Origin: Trichinella spiralis
Lineage: Eukaryota
NCBI RefSeq assembly: GCF_000181795.1
Contig: NW_003526945.1
Coordinates: forward strand, 1,538,466-1,558,465
Direction of reading: 5' to 3'
Length of the DNA stretch: 20,000 bases
Shown: positions 1 through 10,600 of the stretch, piece after piece
Layout: each line of letters begins with the position of its first letter
Numbering within the stretch: the stretch's first letter is position 1
Notes under the pieces: model-generated
Told to the model about the DNA's origin: nothing
The model's database searches: none
The model's input: only the letters and a program-made list of their open reading frames with translations
Made by a program: the position numbers and the translations under genes

Positions 1-791
1 GTTCTTATGAGGCGGAATGTTGAACTGTATTATTATATATAAGTGTGTATGATATTTTCTGGAACTTATCTGATAAGTCATTTTATGATATATTGATATC
101 TGTAGTTTTAATGATCAATTGATTCATTACATGGTTTCTTTTTCGAACAGAATTAATTAAGATAAGTGTTTCAACGTAGTTTGTTTTTTTAACATCTTTG
201 TTCTGCGATTGATTGATATTGAGTGAGTGTCATCTGTAATGAATGTTACTTAATTAGACATTAATGCTTGCAAAGATGGAAGAAATCATTTTTTTCTGGT
301 TGTTGAATCATGCGTTTTATAATGATTAATTGCTAAAGTGAAGAATATTTCCAGGAAAAGTTATTTCAAAACAGTGCAGTTTTATTTCTATGATTATTAT
401 AGCAATTTGTTATGTTAAGCCTTTAACTATTTGAATAGAACTGTGAAACTGTTTTTATTGGAGAATTTGCTTCAGTTTTACGTCGAACGAAGTGCAAATT
501 TAGTATTCATGAAAAGATAAATAGCATTAAACTAAGATTTTCACATATCTATATAAAAATTTTTTTTCAAGCTAATTCAGTAGCACACTTCAATGTTAAA
601 TATTAAAGTGACTGGTGTTTTAATTTTTGTTTTAGTAGTTGTGAATTGAATTACAGTTTTGCTATTACAATATAACTTTTTTTAATTTGAGTAAATGAAA
701 TTATTAATTATTAAGAGTGATTTAAAAAAATTAAGAAGTAAAGTGTTTTTTGTTGACAGTTATAAAAATGAAAAATATTATTTCTTTTTAG

Positions 792-1602
792 GGCAGAATA
801 CTGCAGCAAAAGAAAATGCGTAGCCGCAGGTTTTGGATATTTCTTGACGCAGCTTATAAAAATGCTTATTTTAGCTACCTTTTTTCCAACCACAGATCAA
901 GAAGGCGTTCAATTTCATCCATTTCCTGTATAATTTATTTATAAATTGTCTTTTACATGTAGATGTAATTCTTTGGAATCCTTTTTTAAGGAACTTATGA
1001 AAGCAATGGTAGATGTTTTGGATGTCATTGGTCTTTATGTCGTTATTAATCGTAACTGGTCTGGCAAAGGCGACGCTAGATTCTTGGCTGCAGGTCTTGG
1101 TTGGTCATCTGCTGACAGTTTGGCTACACGTGTTGTACCGTTTTGGACAGGTGCTCGTGGAACAACTTTCAGTTGGAAATATATTCAAATGTGTCTGGAA
1201 TCAAACTACAATTTGGTATGAAATATATTTTGAAATTAATTTTCTTCGCCGAACAATATACGAGAGAATTTGTTGTTCAGGTTTATTACGTAGCGTTAGC
1301 TACTTTTCTGTGGTTATGGACACGTCGGGAAATTCCGACATTTATGAAAATAGCCCTACGGTCGATTTTGACTTTTGCCGTTTTTAAAGCATTTTTGAAA
1401 GAGTATATATATATATATTATATTGTTTGACGTTGAATGTTGAGGTAATTTTGATAATTGAAATTTTGATTTCAGTCTACTTATGCAGTATTATGGTATT
1501 TCGTCTTGGATTTTGTTGATTATTCACTTTCTGGTCACAGTGTTCATGGCATTGATGGCAATGGCGTTTTATGCTGTCATTCAGCCGCACAACGGACGAT
1601 GA
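792..1602 (+). CDS. TMEM147: Transmembrane protein 147 (BOS complex subunit with nicalin/NOMO), 5'-partial; exons 792-927, 991-1215, 1281-1402, 1476-1602
   Basis: Spliced translation: AEYCSKRKCVAAGFGYFLTQLIKMLILATFFPTTDQEGVQFHPFP / ELMKAMVDVLDVIGLYVVINRNWSGKGDARFLAAGLGWSSADSLATRVVPFWTGARGTTFSWKYIQMCLESNYNL / VYYVALATFLWLW...AVFKAFLK / DLLMQYYGISSW...YAVIQPHNGR*. This matches recalled TMEM147 motifs (KMLFLATFFP, EFMKASVDVADLIGL, PLWVGARGIEFDWKYIQM). All introns are GT-AG and phase-compatible. The ~26-aa first exon was not found in 1-791. Confidence 0.93.
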
Positions 1603-1625
1603 ATTGTGTGTTATGGATGAAATGA

Positions 1626-1631
1626 AATAAA
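1626..1631 (+). promoter_or_regulatory. Candidate polyadenylation signal (AATAAA) for TMEM147
   Basis: AATAAA about 25 nt after the TGA stop. The motif is common by chance in AT-rich DNA. Confidence 0.3.
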
Positions 1632-2997
1632 ACGAAATTTGAAAGCGTTCCATTTAATTTTATGCAATATTGACATTTTCATTTGAATGTGATTCATGCT
1701 GGTTAGGGTTGACAGTGTTTTGATCAGATTTGTCGTTAAGTGATCGTCATCATCGTTGTAAATTTCTAATGTGATGTTTGTTTCCATCATTATTATTATT
1801 ATTGATACAACGAACGAACGCTTGCCTGTTTCTTTTTCTACTTCTTGATAGCAGCATTTCACATGTGGCAAGTGAGTTTCTTTGATCTAATGCTTACAAT
1901 TTTAACAAATTTCTCCTTTGCGCTCATATTATTAAGATTTATAATATCTGTTGGATACCCTAAATTATTATCATTATTATTGTGATGTTTTTTTTCTTTT
2001 TGCTGTTTTTGACTTTTTTTGCACTTTGAATCATAATATATATTTGTTTGTTGATTTTAATTCTTTTTGTCTTTATTAACACTTTATTTGATTGCAACGG
2101 ACAGTTAATTGCAAAAATTTTCATTTGTTATATACTTATATATATGTATATGCATATGCAGATGTGAAATTTGGCAACAAGCTGAACAGAATTTGATGCA
2201 CGTAAAAGTGTTGTTTTGTGAAATGTTTTGGCACGTGTTCATCTGCTGCAGTGGAAAACAAATTTGTCGCCTTGAAGCGATAAGCATTCAGATGATTTAA
2301 ATCGAAATGATAAACTTGCTTTCCAAATGTGTTTCAGTTATAAATAAAAAAACGTCATCATTATGCGTAGCAGAATCATTTTTCAGTTGCTATTTTATCT
2401 TTAAATGTGATTGTACGCATTGATTGATTGATGTTGAACATTTGTCTCATAACGTACGTTGTCCAGAAGAAAGAAAACCAAAATTACTTACATGCTAATT
2501 AGAATTTCTTTTGTAATAATAGAACCTTATTTACTATTTATAATATTCATAATACGATTATAAGAAAAAAGTTAAAGTATGGATCAGATGCGTTCAGGTA
2601 CAAATTCACGAAGTCCACAAACGAAGAACAAACTGTCCGAAAATTGAAGGTAAAGTTCAATTTTGATTTTTTTTTGTTTTATACAAATTGAAAATTATTA
2701 ATACTTCACAGAGATGTTGACTATGAAATATTTTTTCGAATTTTTTAGTGTTATGCATTGTAAAATTTTTAGTGTCATGTTTTTGTTCTATGAGACGCAC
2801 AAAAGTTGTTGGTTATTCTGATCATTGCTGACAAGGGGCAGTTGTACAGTTGACAAGTGATGTTATTGAAAATATATTATTGAGATGTATTTAAATGAAA
2901 ATACAAAATTGATTGTCCATTTTTACATAGTAGATTTTATTTAGTTGTCATCCTTGAAGAATCCTTGAAGTTGTCTTTTTGCACTTTTACATGTTGA

Positions 2998-3387
2998 TCA
3001 TTCAACAATAGAAGTGTGCAAAAATATTTGATATCCATTTTTTAAATAAAATATATGCGAAATAAAACTTAGTAGGAATTTTAATAGAAATTTATAATGA
3101 GTGTAAATTGTTGGTTTTCGATTTTCTTTTTTACACAACCAGTGTTGGTATTTTTTTTGTTGTTCAGTGTTTTGATAGACGAGCTTGTTCATCACGTGTT
3201 CTTGATCATTTCGTACTTTTCGCAACCAACTACTTTGAATAACTTTGTCAAGTAAATCAGCTTTAAATATTTCATATTCTCCAATTTTATTGCTCCGTTT
3301 TCTTCTCTCCTCAACAAGTGCATTCAATCGAGTGGAAACAAATTCTTTATATATGTATATACATATGTTTTCTTTTTCTGCAAACAT
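2998..3387 (-). other. Coding-like orphan ORF or possible decayed exon of unknown origin
   Basis: Stop-free 129-codon frame with a charged, helical-looking core (EFVSTRLNALVEERRKRSNKIGEYEIFKADLLDKVIQSSWLRKVRNDQEHVMNKLVYQNTEQQKK). No recognisable family and no convincing spliced model. Confidence 0.25.
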
Positions 3388-4519
3388 TCTTTCATATTTG
3401 TAATTTCAATTTATCGAGCAACGGCATATTTATATTTTATTTTTATACAAACTTTCGAACGTGTTTGAAGTTGTTTAAATTCCAATTCCACTTTACATCA
3501 TTTCAGTGCATCTGGATAGAAAAAAAATACTCTTCTCCGTTCGGTTGAAAATTGTTGGATTTTACACTTCCCGTTCGCTTCTGATTTCTTTCAAACGTAT
3601 ATCAACTTGAAAATTATAACAGCGAAGAAATAAGCTTTTACTAACCTACTGACGTATTGTTGATATGTATTTCAACTGTGAAGGTTATTTTCCTTTTTGT
3701 TTTCACGAATAAATTTGCGCATACAGTTTCACTTATTAAGGCAGAATTTTGATTTAATTCTCTTTTCATACTTCACACTGGCCATTATGCATATTTACAT
3801 GTAATTTAATTACAAAGATTGTCGGGCGTTACAAATGTAATGTTTTAAGAAACTTTTTTTCATTGCTAACGTCAAACAGCATTGATACTGTAATTGTATC
3901 AATTTATAAAATATGTTAATTTAAATTTATCAATCATTAGAACTTATTTACAGTAAATATACAATCTGAACGCATGTATAATTTTTTAGAAATAGTTACA
4001 GTATTAAAGAATTCAAGTTATGCATTTTTACATTTTTGTAGTGATATTATTGTTTCTTGTTTAAAGAAAATATTTTTTTCTTTAAATATTCTGAGGTGAA
4101 ATAAATTTTTAATAAGCAATTAATATAATTATATATTTAGTATTGTTGAATATTTGGCCAAGAATATTCATTTTTGTTACACTGATAAATGCAATGTACT
4201 TTGAATTTTTATTTTATGATTCATATTTTTTTTCAACATTTTTTAAAAATAAATTAAAATTAATGGTGAACAATTTAAAATGAAAATGCTCATATGTGTA
4301 AACATCGTTAATGATCAGGCTGACTTTGAATAGGTAAGCTAATGTAAAGATAAAAGATTGTATTTTACAGTTTATCACCGCAATCGTATATTTTTGGAGT
4401 TTTCAATTGTTTGCTATTATTTTTCACGACAGAGCGACAAACTACTATTCAAAATCTTTTATTAAAGACTTTCGATCTTTCAAAATCGGTATGTTTGTTT
4501 TCTGGTATTTTAGTATGGT

Positions 4520-4547
4520 GATTTGATTTGATTTGATTTGATTTGAT
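4520..4547. repeat. (GATTT)5 pentanucleotide microsatellite
   Basis: gatttgatttgatttgatttgatttgat seen directly. Confidence 0.9.
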
Positions 4548-7433
4548 AACAGCAGATGTATTTGAGTTGTAATTTTGCGATAAAATATTGATGCAATTAA
4601 ATGACAAGCATTGAACTTGAAATTTTTTGCGTGAAAAATCTTTGATCGAAAATGGGTTGTATAAGTAAAAAAATATATATATACGTATGTATAAATTCTC
4701 CGAAAATGAAAGTTTTATGTTGCTTAATCCTATTTTGCAAAGATTGCCAAATGGAAATGAATACCGAGTGTGACTGCTTTTCTCATACAATTATTTGCCT
4801 GGTAATGGAGTGCGATTTGCGTTGTCAGATTTCATTATTAATGATATTGCTCTTGTGTGAAAAATTTGAGGCAAAAGCGATTTGGTTATGATATCAAATC
4901 GAAAATTGCCTTGATTAAGAAATAATTTCAAATTTTCTCATTTAAAACCAACTCCCACTGAATACTGTTTGTCGTATTATTTTCTCCAACAAGAATGTTG
5001 TTTTGTTTTATTATTTCAAATCAAATTTTCGATTATTTTGTATACTTGCACTGGTGTAATTGGAACATTTTTATGTCTGTCGATCAATTATTTGGTTTTT
5101 TTGCATCTTAATAGACGTTTCCACAAGTACTGCTTGCTTTCAAAGCTGATAGATTAGCATTTTGTGAAAGCAGCCGTTTTCAAATAATTCAGCATCACTA
5201 ATTGTGCAATGAACGACAGTTTTGAAAAAGACACATTACATTATTTTTTATTCCACGTCTATCGTATAGTAATGTGCAGGTAATTTATTTATTTGTTTTT
5301 GTTTTATTTCAATTTGAATATTAAAAAATATTCATTAATTATGAAAAGTATAATTTTTTTATTTTACTTTCAGTGAAGCATTTTAAAATTAATGAATTAC
5401 GCAAGTTTATCATTGCTGTTATTTTAAATAGTTCACAAGATAGGAATAGTAAGCTGTTTGTATCAAGATTATTTTTAACAAAAAAAGAATTTATTCTTAT
5501 ATTTTGTTTGTGACGTGTTTATTTTATGTTTTTTTCAATTTCCTTGTTGTCAAAAATTTGAATTTCCATTCTAATGATGATTAGTTGAATTTTTGTTTTT
5601 GCAGTAGCTTTCCTTGACAGTGTTAAATATTTTATTCATTCAAAATCCATATCAACTTAAGCAAATAACTTGTTGATCCATATATTTATTTATTTATTTA
5701 ACATGCGAAAATCAGTGTTTTTTATATTTTTTTGAATTCATTCCTAATGATTACTTTTGTATTTTTCAAACTTTTCATAAAGTTTCATTTAATGTTGATT
5801 TGCTTGGTATTTCGATTCGATGCTGACGTTCAGTTTGGAACTTTTCAATGTTGATTTTCATTTGTACAGCACTAATTGTGAGAATACAATTTGAATTATT
5901 CAAATTTAATTGTTAGTTTCTGTTTCATTGAAGTTATTGAACTGGTCAGAAATTGGGAAAATATTTCCTCTACTTGCATGAATAATGAATTGATGTTGTG
6001 AAATTTTGTTCAAAGATAATGGCAATAATGATTTGTCGACAAAAGTGCAAGTTATCTTTGCATAATTGCTGGTTGGTTGTTAATAAAAGAAAAAACGTTT
6101 GTCAACAAAGTTGGTAAGGCAGTGTGTTTGGAAATAGCGTTAAAATTGAACGTTTGGATTTTTAACGTTTTATTGGATACGATTGAAAATGATGCTTGGA
6201 AATGATGATGAATATGCATTTAATCGTGAAATTTAAATTTCTTTTCGTGTATGATTGACGCAGAGCATTCATAAATTGGTATGTGAATTTTTGTCGAATG
6301 TGATCATTTGAAACGAAACGTGGAACAAATGATTTGATCTCGATTTTTGTTTGAAGAAACATTGTTGAATGGAAAATTTTCACCTTACAACATGATAAGA
6401 TATCTGGGGATAAGTTTGTTCCAATCTGATGGACAAGTTTCATTTTACAGCGGCCATACTGTATTGCGTCACTTTACCGTAGTGGCCATGTGGCAGGTTG
6501 CGTTAGCTCGCGAAATCGCCAACGCCCGCGTGCTTTCACCTCTGTGCTTGCATATCCAACGTCTCAGTTATTTGTTATTTCATCAACAGATTAAATTGGT
6601 CGACATAATTAGATTTTATTCGGGATGAAAAATTTTCACGTCAATCGACACGTCCAAGTGGAAAAGCTAGATCGAGATAAGGTCGTAAACGTGCTATAAA
6701 TAAGCAAGCGCTTTTATCATGTTAAACTGTTGCCGCAAGGTTTTCCAAATTTAGCCCAACGTTGAATGGAACTGAATGAATAATTAATTGATCGATTGGT
6801 TGATGATTTGTTTTTCATTATTCTTTTCTATACCGAAATTTACTGATTGTTTGTTTTTGTATTCATGCTGTCAAGCAAGCATTTGAATTTTTTCTGCATA
6901 TTTGTTTCATTGTTGATCGAAACATCCGTGTTGGATGATGAATGTTCGACTTTGGATAGATATTTTCGTTTAAAAATTGTATATATGCATATATCTATAT
7001 ATATTTGTGTGTATGTGCAGTTTCATTTCATTCAGGCTGAACAACAATCTTTAAACTGGAAATGGAATGTTCTTTTAGCCATCATTGTTGTTCAGCAAAA
7101 TTCGGTTCACACAATAGTCCAGTGTATGGTGCATAAAATAAGCGAAGGAAAAATTTGAGCAAAGAGAAAAAATACCGTTGTCGAAGAGCAAAACCCACCG
7201 ACGAAACGTTGCAACAATTTTCATATCAGTTGGTTGGTTTTTTTTTATTTAAATTTTATCCAGTTTGTTTCGGCTTGCAAAACAGAGAGCACCGACAACA
7301 ACGGCAGATTTGCATTTTGCATTGTTGTTTTGTTATTTATCATGTAGAGCTGAATCTTAATGTCGAACAGCAATAAATCATGTTCGACCGACAGCCAAAC
7401 TTGAACTTCGCTTATTTCTGGTTTTCTTTTCTT

Positions 7434-7462
7434 TTTATTTATTTATTTATTTATTTATTTAT
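7434..7462. repeat. (TTTA)n microsatellite, about 7 units
   Basis: Seen directly. Confidence 0.85.
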
Positions 7463-7513
7463 CATCGTTTAAAATATAAAATGAAGAAATCGCGCTTCTT
7501 CGCTTGCTTTTTG

Positions 7514-7547
7514 TTTGTTTGTTTGTTTGTTGTTGTTGTTGTTGTTT
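7514..7547. repeat. Compound (GTTT)n(GTT)n microsatellite just upstream of the 7575 acceptor
   Basis: Seen directly. It explains the spurious CCCCCC run in ORF 7504-7839. Confidence 0.85.
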
Positions 7548-7605
7548 ACAGATGACTTTTTTTTATTCTTATAGATTGAAATCTGACTCTGCTTTGTTAA
7601 ACAAG

Positions 7606-10600
7606 ATGAACTCCAACGGTGACAACAACAAACACAACCACAGTAATCTGATGGAAAAGATTAAACCCAAAAAGCGCACATTCAGTGGACAAAATGACGA
7701 GAAATTAGCCGAAGCCGATGGATCTGAACAGACGCTTAAATCTTCATCACCACGTCACAGTAGCTGCAAAAATCCGGACAAGTCTCCTGAAGAGGTGAGT
7801 ATTCCAGTTTTTTGCAGCTTAATTATAGTGAACACTTGAACTTATAAATTTATTCGAGATCATAACTAAGGATGGACAGGATGACAAAAAACTGAGCATC
7901 CCGCGTGAGCATCCGGTGACAATTTTCACAGCAGAAATTTAGCATTTCTCTAAACTGACCTAAAGCTGCTGCGAGTACGCGGCTCATTATTTTTATTTAT
8001 CTATTCCGTGTGCGTGTTGCCAAATTTTAACAGCTTCTCTCTCTTCCACCTTGAAGCTAAGTGCAAACGAAAACGTTGTAAACAACAACATCCATGCTGA
8101 ACTGCTACTGCTATCACTACAGTATGCGATGCTTTTGAAAGTTCAAACAGTTTTTTTTGTTCAGTTCAGTTTCTGCTTGTCGTAAACAAAACAGTCATCA
8201 TGGATCGTTTTTGTTTGTTTACAGCGGCGATAATTCTTTTTTCTTTAAATATTCTCAATCATGAAATGAACGAATTGTGTAGCAAAAATGACGGGCCAAT
8301 TTGAAATGAACAATAATGATTTATTTCCATTTAAAATATTTGTTGTTCACTTTGGATTTGAAACTTCTCTCTCAGTCATCCTGTTACAACCACACAGGTA
8401 CAATATTGATCGTCATTGATGCAAATCAAAAAATAAATAAATAAATAAATAGCATTTTCATTTCTTGGCACTGTTGCTGTTGTTGTGACCATTTCAACCA
8501 CCGACCGACCGACCGACCACCCAATAAGCATGTAGGCATTCTGTGTACGCTTGCTTCTTGTGGCTTGCAGAGATGAAATATTGGCAGTTTGTTTTTTTTT
8601 CTATCTTTTACCTTTTGGCATCGGTGTACTTTTTTCTCCTACAAAAGTATACGACCTGTTTGCAACTTTTTCTACAGCCTACGTAGTGAGCTCACATCAC
8701 AAAAGCTTTTATAAAAATATTTTGAACGCTGGCCTTTAAGGTATACTGTAGATGTTTTTCTTTCTTTTTTTTCTTGAATTTTTATTCCGCCAATGTCGTT
8801 CATAAAGTAGCAACCTTTTGACACACAAGCACACTGCTGCTTCTCACTTTCTTCAGTTGTTCAAAACATGTTGCTTTGGGCGTTCAACTACTGTTGATTT
8901 ATGTGTTTCGTTTGAGAAAAAAGAACATTAAATAAAATTGGTGAAAATTGAACATGGAACATTATGTCAACTCTTGCTTTTCGTTGTATGTGATAAAAAT
9001 GGTAAAGTTTTTTCATTCTGTCAACCCCACTGTTATCTCTTGTTAAGCAGATTTTATTTTTTGTAGTCAATTTTGCATATTTACGTGTAGTATGAAGATG
9101 ATCAGTTGAGATGATGATTCGCAATGTGTTGAGTTTGATTTATCTTTTTCCTTGATGCAAGTTCACGTTCTGTTCACGTTGGAAATAGTGTTTTCTGACT
9201 CATATGAGTTGCAACGTTGAAGTGCAAATAATTTTATTTTTTTAATATTTTTTTACAGTATGCTGATAATTTTAATTTCAAAGAAAAAAAGGAGTTATGC
9301 ATATTTTTTTAATATAAATACGTCAAAGGGAAAGTATTTTTTCTTTATTTATTGTCGTATGCTTTTCATACGGATGTCATAATTCAAATTGGAGAAATAT
9401 ATTGATTTTTATTTGTCATTTGATGTTCAACATGCTGTTAGCTATTGACCGTTGTTTGACTGTGCTTCTTCATGGCGCCGATTGTTATTATTAAATAAAT
9501 TTATGCTTCGCAGAAATTGTCTGTTAATGTCATGTGAATTAGCATCCTCTTCCTTGTTCGCAAGATTTATAATGAGAAAATGAGAAGTTGAAATGAAAAT
9601 GCAGACTTACCTTTTTTTTGTTTATTTCATTACTAGGTTTTCTTCTTTTTTCTTTGATTATTTACTATAAATGTATATTTTTCATTGCTGCTTGTTACTT
9701 TTAGCATTGTTGTTATTTTTACTATCTGTTTCACTTGTACAATATCTAGCTTTACTGCATATTATGCATATGAACAGTATAATAGTTGGTGATGTTTTTG
9801 ACAGGACTAGTCGATATTGTTGACATTGTTGACTGTGATTGAATTAAGCTTAGTTGTAAGTGATATATATATATCCTGACAAACACACACACGCACAAAC
9901 AAAGAGACAGAGAATGGATGATTTTCCTTTAATTTTGATTTTGCTTAATTATGTTTTCTTTGAAGACTTCTCAGCGATCGAATCATTTTTTGTGGCGTTT
10001 TCGAAGCAAAGATGCAACGCCAGAGAAAGAAGATTTGAACAAAACAGGAACCAATGCAAACGCACTGAGAAACACGAGTTCGGTCGATGCAACTGAGAAC
10101 AGCCATATGGGATCGAATCAAGTGGAAACATTGCGAAGTCCGTCGTCGAATTTTGGGAGCTTTTTCCATCGTTTCCGTCAGAGAACTCGTTCAGAATCTA
10201 CACCGACCGAAGACCATTCCATTGCATCAGTTGTAGATGCGTCGACAAATCTGATGCACAAAATGAGCATTGTAGATGAAGATTCCGTCATGGAGCCGTC
10301 GATGAAGAGTCAGCATTCTGCAGTTCAGGAAGCAGAAGAAGGAGGAGGAGGAGGAGGAGGAGACATTTTGCCACTGTTGCGTCGTCGTTCCAGATCTGAG
10401 GCATCGGCAAGTGTTCATTTTTACTTTTCAATGTTTTACCTTTTCACTATAATATACTAATTTTTATTAAATAGCAGATATTTGATTTTGACAAATTCCT
10501 TTTTTAATCTAGTATCTCAAGTGAACAGCAGCAGTTAGTTTTTTTTTCTTTTTATGGTAAATTTGGATAACATAAGCTTTGTTGGTATACATCATTATTG

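Noticed and set aside
17..52. MLNCIIIYKCV as the possible TMEM147 first exon
   Set aside because: It is too short, lacks the FHFGNC..LAY.PY pattern and has no phase-2 donor. The true exon is probably upstream of the window.
1013..1387. 124-aa hydrophobic ORF that looks like a membrane protein
   Set aside because: It is an alternative frame over the TMEM147 exons and intron. The family match is in the other frames.
2579..2654. Exon-like block ending AAG|GTAAAG
   Set aside because: Its ATG frame stops before the donor and no partner exons could be identified.
4449..5157. Several 62-113 aa ORFs in the intergenic region
   Set aside because: Low-complexity translations rich in F/I/L/K/C, partly driven by repeats, with no homology recognised.
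6449..6460. GCGGCCATAC resembling the 5' end of a 5S rRNA
   Set aside because: No downstream 5S conserved boxes and no complementary 3' end.
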